Source: the human T2T-CHM13v2.0 reference genome, Homo sapiens
NCBI RefSeq assembly: GCF_009914755.1
Contig: NC_060938.1
Direction: 5' to 3' (one strand)
DNA length: 64,000 bases
The notes under the pieces were generated by a model. It made no database searches. It was not told where the DNA came from and was given only the letters and a program-made list of their open reading frames with translations. Below are positions 30,950 to 45,036 of the stretch, piece after piece. The first letter of the stretch is position 1. The number at the start of each line of letters is the position of its first letter. Position numbers and translations under genes: made by a program.

Positions 30950-31140
30950 TGGTTTTTCAACACCTATTTAAGGGAAGAAACAATAGGCCATTCATCTTTA
31001 TATTTCTGGGACCAGAGACATAGCACTTTTGTGTCCTCAATATCCCCAAATATGACTATCACAGGGAAGGTGCCCACAAAATGTTTGCTGAATGAATCTA
31101 GTTAAGTCCTCAATAAATACCAGCTGAGTGAATGAATGGA
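30950..31140 (+). mobile_element. L2 3' end fragments
   Basis: ggtgcccacaaaatgtttgctgaatgaat and caataaataccagctgagtgaatgaatgg. Confidence 0.55.
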
Positions 31141-32722
31141 ACTTCATAGAACTATAATCATATTGATGATCTGCATTACATTTCAAATTGTTTAATACAA
31201 TTTAACATTCATGATATGCACTTTTTCAGGTAAAATGTAACACCTTGACTATTGTACATTAGGATGTTCTTGAAATGTGAAATCTAAATAAATATGTATA
31301 CAAATTTGGTATCTCTTTTCGTGGCAGCTCTCCTTGGCTGAGATTTCTGGATCCCCTGTGGGATCTACTGAACTCAGTATCACACGTAACTTAGCTTTGT
31401 TTGATTCAACCTGCCACACAGTTCACCAGCCTGGATCTTGTTGATGTAGCTCATTATCCATAAATCACTACCTGCATTGTCTAATTTAAGATCCAGGGTA
31501 ACTGCATACTTGTGTTTTGTTGTTGTTTCTTTTTTTGGGGGGAGAGGAATTTACATGAAAGCAGAACAGAGAGTACCATGATTATACACTAAATAGAATA
31601 AGAGAACAGAGTATCATTACTTTTTATTCTCTCATTCTTTTCCTCTCAACAGATTACCCACAAAGTACTGTTCACTGATTTTGTCTCCTTACCAACATTA
31701 CAAAATTATGTGTTTTATTTAAATATGCCACCAGCAAATCATCTGAGCATTCCGCTTGAATTAACACCAGGTTTATACACACAAAAAGAATAATGAATGG
31801 ATGGTTCAAATAAAGAAGGTGTGCATACGTGTTTTGCTAGGGTCTCTGAAATTAACCTGAAGTAGCCTGGATCTCTGTTTTGAAGTGTTAATTACAGTGC
31901 CAGGGCATTTCTATTTTTTTTCTTCTTTTTGTGGAGGTTTTGATGTTTTCTCCAATAAGGACAACTATCTAGATTGCTTTAAGTGAATGTTCTTAAAAGC
32001 TGCTGGCAAAGATAGACAAATCTAGAAAGCCTTGATGTTGCATAAACAATATTATTTTCATTACATGTATTTCTACACATTCCCATGAAAAATTAAATTT
32101 TGGCTCCTTCTGAGAGCCAAAGGTGAGTGTGTGTGAAGTGAGGGAGATTTATATGAAAGGACACAATGCAAAAGATGAAAATAATTCTATCCTCTTTCCC
32201 TTAGACAAATGGTTTGGGTTTAACTGCCCTTGTTTTTGTTGGATGTGAATATGTTAATCTTCTTTTTCAAAACATACAGACTTACGGAAATGGAAGTGAA
32301 CATCTGTTCAACTGTCAAGTCACCAGCTAAATTCAAGTCTGAGAAAAGAAGACAATCTGTTTAAATGAAACTTTGTGTGAATGAAGGCCAGAGTTTTTGG
32401 CACTTGTGTTTGCAAAAAAAAAAAAAAGAAAAAAATTTTAAACAATTGTTACTAAAAAAAAAAATCTTTTTCTAGGATGACCTTTGTTTGTTTAAACTGT
32501 TGGAAAATCAATATTTAAAATGAAATCTAGAAACTGAAGTGTGCCCTCTGCAGGATCACCAGAATGATGGGAAAACTGAACACAATCAACTCATGAACTC
32601 CCCAAGGTCAGAGGTTTGGTCTAATTCAATAACTAATATCTAGAAGGTATTCTAGAAAAATGCATGTTAACAGAGTGAGCAAAAGTAACAGTCAAAGAAA
32701 CCCAGGAATCACATTTCATGCC

Positions 32723-33080
32723 TATATTAGTCTGTTCTCACACTGCTAGTAAAGACATAACTGAGACTGGGTAATTTATAAAGGAAAGATGTGTAATTAA
32801 TTCATAGTTCCACATGGCTGGGGAGGCCTCATCATCATGGCAGAAGGCAAAAATGAAGCAAGACACGTCTTACATGGCAGCAGGCAAGACAGCGTGTGCA
32901 GGGGAACTGCCCTTTATAAAACCATCACATCTCATGAGACTTACTATCACAAAAACAGCATGGAAAAACTCCCTCCCATGAGTCAGTTACCTCCCACCAG
33001 ATCCCGCCCATGACACATGAGGATTATGGGGGCTACAATTCAAGATGAGATTTGGGTGCAGACACAGCCAAATCATATCA
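32723..33080 (-). mobile_element. Solo MaLR LTR, THE1B-like
   Basis: Runs tatattagtctgttctcacactgct...cacgtcttacatggcagcaggcaaga...cagccaaatcatatca. TSD not clear. Confidence 0.92.
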
Positions 33081-33849
33081 TATCCTCTGTTTTCCAAAGA
33101 TCTTATATAATTTAGTTCTACTTTAGAAAAATTAATCCAATGATAGTTGGCAGTATATACAGTTGTGTAAAAGATGGGTAATTTTTTGCATACTCGTAAG
33201 AGTTCAGAAAATTAAGATATAAGCTATTGGTTAAGAGAGGGAATAGCCTCTCTCATTATGACAAAAATTAATAGTTGATTATTTTTTTCATATATGATAA
33301 AAATCTTAGTCCATATGTGTTTCAATTTAAAAGACATGAGAAGATAATATGATTTTTCCTCCAAAGTTGACTGGTTGGCTATTAGACTGCAAATCTCATA
33401 ATATAATTACCTTGGTGGAAACATAGTAATTTAAATATTGGACATTAGATTTGCAGGTGCAGGAAATCAATTGTGTCAATATACAAAAATTTTATTATAC
33501 TATTACAATGATTCACACTAAAAATATTTGGCGGGGATTGATATATAAATATACATGGCAATGTATTAATTTATAATGGTGGTGATTTCTCTAACTACCT
33601 TCACCCCAGCTATATATCATATAGTCATAGTTGGAAACCACCGGGGAGGGTCACTCCAGCTGAGAGAGTCAAACTGTCAAGTCCCTACACTCTGACATCA
33701 CCCTGCTCAAAAGGGTTCTCCATCTGCCGTTGCTATCTTTTCTATCGGTCAATGCCTCATGTATAAGGAAACATGATCTTCTATCATTTACTGTACTGTT
33801 CTTCTCAATGTTCTGCACTTGCTTTTTTTGGACTCAGCTGTCTACCATA

Positions 33850-35310
33850 TCCTCATCTTCAAAACTTTCCCACAGTATTTTCTAGAACTATCCATCTAGA
33901 ATAATAATAATAATAATAAAACCTATCTTCAACTTCTACATTGCCTGCCATAAGTGAAACTTGACTCATCTGAAGATATCACCTGTACTGTTTCCCTCTT
34001 AATGCTGGTTGCTTATTTTCGGACACACACACACACCCCTGGATGGTGAGGTGGTATTTCTGAACTCCCTAAACTGCAGTGGCACTTCTAGCAATGAGAC
34101 ACCATTCTCTTGTAAAACTAACAAAAAACACATGCACATACTGTATTGGTTTGTTTTCAAATTGCTATAAAGAAATACCTGAGACTGGGTAATTTATTAA
34201 AAAAAAAAAAAAGAGGTTTCATTGGCTCACGGTTCTGTAGCCTGTATAGGAAGCACAGCAGCTTTTGCTTCTAGGGAGGCCTCAGGAAACTTACAATCAT
34301 GGTGGAAAGCAAAGCGGAAGCAGGCACATCTTATATGGCTGGAGCAGGAGCAAGGTGGTACAGATGGAGCCACATACATGTAAACAACCAGATCTCTTGA
34401 GAACTCATTCACCATACAGTACCAAGAAGGGATGGTGCTAAACCATTCATGAGAACTCTGCCTCCATGATCCAGTCCCCACGTCCAACAATTTGACTTAA
34501 GATTTGGTGGGACACTAATCCAACTCACCTACACACACACACACACTCTCACACTAAACACATTTGAGATTCATTTGAGATTCATGACATTTCACTATAC
34601 AATTCCAACTGCTTTCTTACTGCTATCATCTAACTTCTGGTAATTGGTTCACTAACATATCTTCATCCAAATTCTGTCACTGCCATCCTTCATGACGTAT
34701 GAACCCTCTATGCTTAACATACTTGTCTCCGAAGAATCTGTCCTCTGCCCTGTCGTACATCCGTATCTCTCACACTATGAATTTTGTTATAAATGCAGAT
34801 TATCTCTACTACAGAATTGCTAATTCAGTTATTACACTCTCTGAGTACAACTTGCTTTCCTAGCTATGGTCATTTCTGTACTTCAGTGAGAGTCCCAGTT
34901 CATGGCATTTCCAAATTCGTAGAGTTCTTTAGGCGTCTCATTTTTGTTATCAACATTACTTTCTAATCATAAATCTTGTTCAGAATTTCTTGTTAACAAC
35001 TTCTTTTCATCATTATATCAAAAGTGTCAATTCTTCTCCGCGTATTTTCAAACTTGAACTCAGCCTCCCAGTTCCCAGCCAAAGAACAATCTTATCTCTT
35101 CACATAGAAAATATGATATCACCCTCAATTTCTGCTTCCACCTATACAAACCTATCTACACTTACCTCTATTTTGTCCTGCTTCCTTCTGCTTAAGCATA
35201 GGTACTTGGGGACTGTTTCCTCTCACATTCAAAGAAATCTTTTCTTATGTGAGTTCTCCATTATCTCCTATCTATTCGTCAACATTCTCACATTAAGATC
35301 CTAATTGTTC
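33850..35310 (+). mobile_element. L2 internal (ORF2) remnant, split by an MST LTR
   Basis: C/T-rich; gaaacttgactcatctgaagata (ETWL-like) and tttgagattcatgacat...ctgctatcatcta are L2 endonuclease-like. Confidence 0.6.
34142..34533 (-). mobile_element. Solo MaLR LTR, MSTA-like
   Basis: Contains ttgctataaagaaatacctgagactggg and gatggtgctaaaccattcatgagaa. TSD CATAC/CACAC. Confidence 0.88.
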
Positions 35311-35799
35311 CAAGGAAAATGTTTCTGCTTTTTTAGCTTTATGGATTTTCTACGTTGATTCATTTTCATGTAAATAGAAAGTGTGGGCTAAACTTTTATC
35401 TACCTTATTGAATATTAAGTAAACTAAAATGCTTAAAAAGCGATTTTTCATACCGAAGAACTAAACTTTTCTCTGTACTTGGACACTTTGATAAATCATA
35501 ATTGGTAGTTTACAGATGGGAAGCTTACTTGCAAATGTTCTAAAGATGAATGCTTCCTTTTGTATGACATTTTGATATAAATTAAGATCCATGTGTTTCA
35601 TATATTGCTGAAAAAAAAATAGTGTTAAAACAATACTTCCTCTGCTGAATATATGTGAAACTATATCTTTGATTAGTGATTCTGTCTCCTCTTCCACAGC
35701 AAAAAATAACCCTCAAATTTCTGTAATTCTTTCCTGCTTCCTTTGCTTCTGCTATGAATGTTTTCTTATGACACTGGAAAAAGTTTTAGTAGCTAACTG

Positions 35800-35890
35800 T
35801 ATATATTCACATACATACATATGTGTGTATATGTATATCTATATATATGTGCATATCATGTGTACATATTTATACATACACATTTATATC
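35800..35890. repeat. Low-complexity TA/TG/CA tract
   Basis: Seen directly. Confidence 0.75.
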
Positions 35891-36419
35891 ACAATGACAG
35901 TAGATATAGCATTATATGGCTCCTCTCCCACCTGTTATTTTAGGAGCAGCTGTAATTCTTAAATAAGCGTTTATTCTATTGATGTCCCCAGAGGTTGTCC
36001 CCATTTGCGCCCAGGAACTCATTCCTTACCCGTAATGTAGCATCTGCTGCTATTTTTGTTTCTTATTTTTCCTGTGAGGAGATGCTGCAGGAACTACAGA
36101 CCCAGGAAATCAACTGTTATGACTGACTCTCAATTAAAATCAGTGCCTGCCTCTGAGCTATTGATGATTCTAAAAAGTACAGCATCCACTACCATTACTT
36201 CCTTATGTATAAGGTAGGCTATTGATCCTACTGCCATGTGCGGTAGTACTGATTCTCACAAGTTTTGGTGCTATTTCCCAGCTCTGCACATGCCACAGTA
36301 ATTATCAGCATTTGCCTTAATATATGTTGGGTTGTCCCTTGAAATGAGAATTCTCATCTTCCCATTTACTATCTACTAAAAATCCAGGCCAACATCTGGC
36401 CCTTCTTGGCATAGATTGG

Positions 36420-36790
36420 GATTCAAAGGGCCTACCATGTATGAAGCAGATTATTGATTTTGGAGTAAGAAAGATCAATGGGAGTATATCCTGATCTCAA
36501 GAGTTTTACTACACATCATGGGAAAGAGATGTGTGAACAACTATGTGGCCATGGCTCTAATGGAAAAATGTAGAAAGTTCTGAAAGCACAAAAGAAGAGA
36601 TATCTTATTCTGTCTGAGCATTACAGTTTGTCACAGAAGAGAAAGTCTTTCACTGGGTTTTAGATGGTGGAATAAATTCACTCAAGAGAGAAAAAAAAGG
36701 AAAGAAATCCCAAGCATAGAATTGTATGAGCAAAAGGAGTAAGCATGAACATTTATTCTAATTCTGGGAATCACAAAATACTCCCAACGG
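36420..36790 (-). mobile_element. L2 fragment
   Basis: tcctgatctcaagagttt...gtcacagaagag...ctgggttttagatgg resembles antisense L2. Confidence 0.55.
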
Positions 36791-36796
36791 CATTAG

Positions 36797-37430
36797 AGTA
36801 GAGGTTAAAAATCTCAAATGTCTCTATGGGTCAGGAGGTACCAAAGTCAAACCATCTAGATGTTGGGATGTAGAAAGAGATTTTAGTCACATGCCACATG
36901 ATAACATTTTGGTCAATAATAGAGCATGTATATGATGGTGGTAATACCATGTTCTTACTGTGTTTTTCTATGCTTAGATATGTTTAGATACACAAATACT
37001 TACCATTGTTTTCTAATTGCCTACAGTGTTCAGTACCGTAGTATGTTGTAGAGGTTTATAGCCTGGGAAAAATAGGCTATACCATAGAGTGTAGGCATGT
37101 GGTAGGCTATATACCACCTAGCTTTGGGTAAGTATACTCTATGAGGTTTGCACAATGACAAAATACCCAATGATACATTTCTCAGAATATATCTCCATAT
37201 TTAAATGACACCAGATTGTATTCATAAAGTACATTTGTAAAAGGCTTATGCACTTCTGTCTGTGAAAGAAGCAACCAGTGTTCAACTCCAAATAATGGTT
37301 GCCATGTTGGAATAATAGATTGGCAAAGACACATCTTTTTTTAAATTTAAAAAGTACATATTTTTAATATGAAATTTTAAATCTCAAATGTATAGTTTTA
37401 TAATATTGGTACTAATTATATTTTTATTTA
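36797..37430. mobile_element. hAT-Charlie-like DNA transposon relic (MER102-like), interrupted by Tigger3a
   Basis: ctcaaatgtctctatgggtcagg before and ggttgccatgttggaat...atgaaat...ttggtactaatt after the Tigger3a; family name tentative. Confidence 0.45.
36884..37218 (+). mobile_element. Tigger3a (MER7A) TcMar-Tigger MITE
   Basis: Contains agatatgtttagatacacaaatacttaccattg and ataggctataccata; ends gattg followed by TA. Confidence 0.88.
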
Positions 37431-38453
37431 ATTTTTTGAATCTCTCAGGGCTGTCACTCTTTAAGCAAAATAAACAGATTTTTGACCATCATCTCTTTTT
37501 TGGATCATCATTTTGCAAGTGGAGATTGTAAGTGTTGGATGAGATGTCATATGAGATAGTTATATTAAGTTTGTTTCTCCTAGGTCTGAAGTAATAGGCC
37601 AATCAGGAACCATTTTTTGCCTTACTCTAAAATGTTCCACCACTGTTATTGACAATTATTCTCTACTCTTTTTTTTTTAAGATTCTTCTTGACTCTGTCT
37701 CCTTCTATCTCTTAATCTTGGATTTATCTCTTGGATAACATTTTTCTTGGGTCCATTTGTTCTTGGTCTCTTGGAGACACTTTCTTTGTCTCATTGGCCA
37801 ACATTAATTCCTTCTGCTGTTTCCTCTGGGTTCAAACTACATCAAGATGGCTTGTGTTTCATAATCATTCCCTCAGAAATCAAATTCTGTATTATTGTTC
37901 AAGTTCTTTGCCAGAGAATGTGGCTTTCACATGGAAGAGGGGATGTATAGACAAATTTGTTCCAGGTTCAAAGCGGCTTTGCTTAATATTCTAAGGAAGT
38001 AGGAATATATGGATCTAAAAATAGAACGTTATTGAGGATCTACAAGCAAGAAAGTAGCAACATTCACTTTCAGTTTACATAGCAGTAGTATGAAAATGGA
38101 TCATGAATGAAAAAATATCTAACTCTCAAGGAAATCGTTTTTCAGCAACTTCAACCTTTATCATTCAAACCTTTTTTGTGAAGGCCTGCACCAGTTGTCT
38201 CCATCATATTATTTATCCCTAAGTAATAGCAGTATCTCTCTCTTCCTCTCTTCTCTCTCTTTCTCTGTCTCTCTCTCGCTCTTTCTATCTATCTATCCTT
38301 ATTATTTAATTCCACTGTACTAGCAATGTATTTTAATTCTTTTAAATTTAAAAATTTAATAATGTATGATTGTGACACAGAACAGATTCTGTGTGTTCAC
38401 AATATGAACATCTTGGTAAATGTCCTATGTTCACATAAAAAGAATCCACGTTC

Positions 38454-38795
<342 letters not shown>

Positions 38796-39298
38796 TCAAT
38801 TAGACCAAGTTGGTTGATAGTATGTTCAGGTCGTCTGTGTACTTACTGATTTAATGTTCTATCAGTTGGTGAGTTTTGAAGCTTCCAAATATAATTGCAG
38901 ATTTTTCTATTACATTCTCAGTTCTACCCATTATTGTTTCATATATTTTGAAGGTCTACTATTGGATCCATACAAGTATTTAGGATTATTATTTCTTGTT
39001 GATAAATTATGCCCTTAATAAAATTTGTAACATTCTTCATCTTCACTGGTAATAACCCTTGTTCTGATGGCTACATTTTCTATTATTAATATAGAAACAT
39101 AAGCTTTCTTTTGGTGTTTAAATAGTATTATTTTTCTCATCATTTTGCTTTTAATCTGTCTTCATGTTTAAAATTAGTCTTTTGTAGATAGCATGTAATT
39201 GAATCTTATATTTTTAAATCCAATTCAGCAATGTTTGACTTTTAATCGAGTGTTTAGGCCAATTGTACTTTGTAATTATTGACATGGTTGGATTTTAA

Positions 39299-39691
<393 letters not shown>

Positions 39692-40132
39692 TCAGGTTTG
39701 TTTTTTATACTCACAATTGGATTATGGCTTCTAAAAGTATTTATAGCTATTTGAGAATTATTATTCTTTTAAATTGTTTTTGAATTGCCTACCCTAGAGT
39801 TTACAATATGTATCATTAATTTATCACAGGCTACCTTCAGGTAATATTATGCTACCTTTCAAACAGGAAGAAATTTACACAGTATACATTCAATTCTTCC
39901 CTACCATTCTTTGTATTATTGTTGATATAATTTTACTGTTACTTATGTAATAATTCCACAATACATTTTATTATTTTAGAGTTAAACAGTTATCTTTAGA
40001 GTTTTTAATAAGAACATATATTTTACTTTATGCTTATTTTGAACATCCATGGATTGTTTATTTCTGTGTGTTGATTGAGTTTCTGTTTTGGTATCACAGT
40101 CTTCCTGCCTGAAGAATTTTCCTTAAGATTTC

Positions 40133-40495
40133 TTTTTTTTTTAAGTTTATTTTAACTTTTATTTTAGGTTTAGGGGCCCATGCGTGGGGTTCTTATAGAA
40201 GTAAACTATGTGTTGTGAGGGTTTCGTGTTCAGATTATTTAGTATCTCAGGTAGTAACTACAGTACCCGATAGATTTTTTTTTTTATCCTCTCCTTCCTC
40301 CCACTCTCCACCTTCAACTAGGCCCCAGTGTCTCTTGTTCCCCTCTTTATGCCCATGTGTCCTCATTGTTTGACTCTCACTTATAAGTGAAAACAAACAG
40401 TATTTGGTTTTCTGTTCCTGCAATCATTTGCTTAGGATAATATCTCCAGCCGCATTCATGTTGCTGCAAAGAACATGACCTTATTCTTTTTTACG
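40133..40495 (-). mobile_element. 5'-truncated L1PA15/16-like 3' end
   Basis: Poly(T), cagattatttagtatctcagg...cagtacccgatag, cacttataagtgaaaac; ATTTCTT occurs near both ends. Confidence 0.85.
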
Positions 40496-40911
40496 AGCAT
40501 TTCTTATAGCCCAAGTTTGCTGGAAATGAATGATTTTGACTTTTACTGAGAAAGTTTTAATTTTCCCTTCATTTTGGGAATGTTTTTGTTGGGTATAAGA
40601 CTCTGGGTTGATAGATAGTTTTTCAAAATTATGTATAAACCACAGTTATCTATTACTCTATTGTCTTCTGATTTCCATAATTTTTGGATCTTTTCTGTGT
40701 CCTTCTCTTCTGCGTGTAATGTATCCTTTCTTTTTCTTTCCCACTGGATGCCTTTAATATCTTCTGGTTTTTCTGTTTTCAGCAGTTTGTCTGTGATGAA
40801 TTTCTATCCTCCCTCCTCCTCCCACCTTGCTGGTGCTTCTCTGAGATTTTTAGTCAGCAATTTGATGTATTTTATTATATTTGGAAATTCTGGGTCAAAT
40901 ATCAAATATCC

Positions 40912-41266
40912 TGTTAGAGATAGAAGTGGTCAGGTGGGAGAGAGAGATTGAGATTTTAAGGAATTGGCTTAGGCTCGCAGGCAGGAATTTCCAGCAGGTG
41001 TCAATGTTGCAGTGTTGAGTTCAAAGGCTGTCTGTGGACACATTACCTGTCTTTTTAAGGAACCTTAGTCTTTTCTCTTCAGGGCTTCAACTGATTGGTT
41101 GAGGCCCACTCATGTTATGGAGAATAGTCTGCCTTACTCAAAGTCTAGTGATTTAAATGTTAATCACACCAAAAAATTTTCTTCAAAGCAACATCTAGAC
41201 TGATATTTGACCCAACAATTGGGCACTATAGTCTAGCCATGTTGACACAAAAGACTGACCATTACA
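40912..41266 (-). mobile_element. ERVL LTR, MLT2D-like
   Basis: Contains ttttaaggaattggct and ttcaactgattggttgaggcccactca; ends gttgacacaaaagactgaccattaca. Confidence 0.82.
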
Positions 41267-43713
41267 GGCGGAAGCTAATCTAGTGAGAGTTGAACCGGAT
41301 TAAGGTTCAGTTATTTCTACAGTTACTTTCCATGAACTTCAGCTTAAATTCTCCAAATGTTGCATTAGTGCTTAGAATGGAGGCAGGGTGCTGGAGGAAT
41401 TCTTCTTATAATTGTGCCTCCACCGTCTTCTTTCAGCTATGCCAGAATGTGAACTACATAAAGCGTTCTTTTACTGCACTCTTGCTTCTCCCTCAGCATT
41501 AGACTGTTCTTGCTTAGTGCTCTGTGCTAGAATAATTTGTGGGGCAGGGAGAGTTCTCTGTTGTTCTACAGCATCTTTAATCTTAGCGAGGCGTTGTTTA
41601 TCTTACCCTTAGGAGAAGGTTTCACTGTTTCTCTCAAGTAGAAGCCAGTTTCTGCTTTGTATATACAGTCTGCTAGAATGCTGTCTTCTTGTCCGTCTTC
41701 CAGTTACAGGAGATGACTACTTGTTATTAGCATGTAATCTTAGGCTCAAGGCATTTCCTATAATTTTCCCAGTATTTTAATTTTTTCTTTCATTCTTCCC
41801 TCAACAGCAATGTGTCTTTACCTTTGCCTTGTGATCAAGAGGGTTTGCTGAATCTTCCTCTGTAGCTTAAGATATTTGCTTCATCGGAGAAAAGGGTTTG
41901 CAGAAATGCATCGTGTCTTTTGCCTGTGTCCTTTGAATTACTAACCACCTTTTTAATCCCAATCACCAGCAAGTGTGGGCTTCTTGGTTTCCCGCCCTGC
42001 CATCATTCTTTCTCCTTAGCACCTGGTAGAGGCTTGTGGAAAAGAGGCTATAAATGACTGCAGATTCCTTTTTGTTTCAGGTGCTCCCAGAAATTTTGGA
42101 TTTCCATGTTACCCTACCTTTGAGTTGGAAGCTGATGTTTTATCTCATCAATTTACATGATTTTATGCAGCTAGATTGGTGTCTCTTCTTAACACGCTCT
42201 GCTAGGGGAGACCACCCTTTGTTTCTTGCTTTCGAGGAGAGATTGTCCTATTTTTTTAGATTTTTATTGCCTTGAGAACTCACCTTTTAAAAAGTAAAAG
42301 TTATGATTTCAAAGTTTATCTGGATTTTTATTGCTGTCAGAACAGGAACAACATTCTTTGCAGCATCTACATCCTAGAGAGAAGTAGCATCTTTATATTT
42401 ACTTGTTATTCCCCATATCACCAAATAAGATGTGGACAATCTTATTGAATATGTTTGTTGCTTAATTATTCCACTTCACACCACATAATGCAGACTGAAG
42501 TCACGAGGCTAATTAAATGCTAAAAATATTTATTGATTGATTCAGTGTTAAAGATCATTTCACCATCTATGTATAAGATTTTCCCCCCCTAAACTGGATC
42601 ATATAATAGCTAGAAGCTGTATTCTGAATTTTAAAATAAAATAGGCATTGGTTTCCTATTTGCAATCGGTTTTGGCCATCTAATTAGTTGTATTTGTTTT
42701 ACAGAAACTTACAGTTTAATGAGCATTACCTTGATAGCTCATTTCTTATGGTGCCGTTTCATTATACCTCTGTGGTTTCCCCAGACTTTCCTCAAGTTTA
42801 TGATCCAAACATCCTTTCTCTCCATAGCTCTTTAGTCGAGAATAAAATTTTCATTATTTGCAGTGAGAGAGAGGCTAAGCAGCAACTGAAGCTTGTATTG
42901 TTGATTATGTTTTTAATGTTATTACCATTAGGAGTACTAAGCATTGATTAAATGTCCATTGTGCAATAAACTAAGTAAGATAGCAAAACCTGGTATCCCT
43001 GCGTGGGAAACTTACATCCTTGAAAAACATGATAGACAGTTCCTCTTAAAAAATATCCAGTAGTACTTAAATTTGCTTTGTGACACTAAAAACCTCAGAC
43101 TTGGTGGAAAGTTGGTTGTCAGCTGATTTAAAGTCCTCAGGTGGGTCTGAGTTCCTGTACAACATCCCTTTGCTTGAATGGTTTCTGTGCTTTTCCAGGA
43201 AGCAACACCCATTATTACATAGCTCTAAATGCTTTCTTCTCCTGAGATGAAGCCCAAGATAAGTTATGGGTGAATTTATCTTAGACAGGGGGTATGGTCA
43301 AGATAACCCCTGAATATTAGGGTCATTATTTTGAGCACAAGACAGGAATTATTTTTACCCACCTCTTCTTGTGCAGAGGGGAAAAGTCAGGTCATAAGAT
43401 TAGGTCAGTAGGATGGTTGGGAGGCATTTTAGCTGAGCAAGGCATTAAGGAAAGACATCTTTTTGGCTGTCATTCTGTAGTCAGTTGGTGTTTATTTCTT
43501 GGTCAAGATGGTAGGGAGGACAAAACTGAGCATGATAAAGGTGATCATGTGTTTCTTGTGTGTAAACTCCTAACTCATCACTAAGTTTTGACACAGAGTG
43601 TTAAACTGAGCACATTTTATTTAAAGGACATGTCAGGGTGTGCATCCATTATTTATAGAGAGTAATATGCGCTTAGTAGGATGTGAATTCATAAGCGGTA
43701 ACTATTTTTGTAT

Positions 43714-45036
43714 TGCATTAGTTTTTGGGGGGCTGTGTGATACTGTGAAACATATATTTGGTCTTCATCCCATTTCCTAGCTTATGTTTTCCAAGAGTGT
43801 CTTTTGTATACTAATAAGATGGCTGATAGCTGGGGGGCTCTAGATAGCCTCAGGTTCAGGGCTGGTTGCCATGTCAAACAACCTCGTGATTATCAGATTG
43901 GAATTTTTATTCTCTACCCCTACTCCATTGACCTCCATTGAGGAGATAAGGGCTGAAGGTTGAGTTGCCAGTGATGTCGTCAGTCATGCCTATGTAATGA
44001 AGCACCCATCAAAATCCAAAAGGATGAGTTCTGGGGCTTCCATCTAGCTGACCATGTTGAGGTTCCTGGAAGGTGGTGCACCTGGAGAGGGCATGGAAAC
44101 TCTGCCTGCTTCTCCCATACTTCTCCCTCTGCATCTCTCCCATCTGGCTGTTCATTTGTATCCGTTGTAATATCCTTTATAATAAATAGGTAAATGCAAG
44201 TAAAGTGTTTTTCTGAGTTCATTGAGCCACACTAATGAGTTAATGAAATGTGGGCAGGGGGCATGGGAACACCAATTTATAACCAGCGGGTCAGAAAACA
44301 GGTCACAACCTGTGCTTGTGACTGGCATCTGAAGTGGGGGACAGTCTTGGGGGAGTGAACCCTCAACCTGTGGGATCTGACGTTTTCTTCAGGCAGATGG
44401 TGTCAGAATTGAATTGAGTTAGAGGACCCAGAGGACCCAGCTGGGTTTGATGAAGAGTCATCTGCAGATTTGGTTATCGGTAGCGAAAACCCCTCACATA
44501 TCTAGGGTATAGTTGGAGAAACTGAATTTGTTTTTTCCTATGTCTTTACAGGCTGCCATAATAAAGTACCATGGACTCAGTGGCTTAAACAACAGAAATT
44601 TATTGTGTCTTAGTTTTGGAACATAGCAGTGCAAGGTCAAGATGGTGGCAGGGTTGGTTCCTTGTAAAGATTGTGATTGAGAATCTATTTTGTCTCTTTC
44701 GTAGCTTCTAGTGGTTTTGTTGGCACTTCTGGCTTTCCTTGGTTTAGAGCTGCATTACTCAGATCTCTGTCTTCATATTCACAGAGAGTTTTTCCTGTGA
44801 GTGTAACAGTGTCCAGATTTTTCCCTTTGCTAAGAACACTAGTCATACTGGAGTAAAGGCTCATCCTACTCCAGTATGACCTCATCTTACCTCATTGCGT
44901 CACCAGTAATCTTAAGATTGTTGCAGATGTCATGAGGTAAGATGAGGTCATACGAGGGTAGGATGGACCTCTGAGGCACTGGGGGTTAGAACATCAACAT
45001 TTGAATTTGGCAGGTGATACACTTCGACCCACAACA
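43714..45036 (-). mobile_element. Solo MaLR LTR, MLT1B/C-like, split by MER21
   Basis: Runs tgcattagttt...ggctg|ccataataaagtacca...tggcttaaacaacagaaatttatt...cccacaaca. TSD TGTAT/GGTAT. Confidence 0.88.
43736..44550 (+). mobile_element. Solo LTR, MER21 (B/C-like)
   Basis: Starts TGTGATACTGTGAAACATATATTTGGTCTTC and ends ...TTTACA, with perfect 5-bp TSD GGCTG (43731-43735, 44551-44555). Confidence 0.88.
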
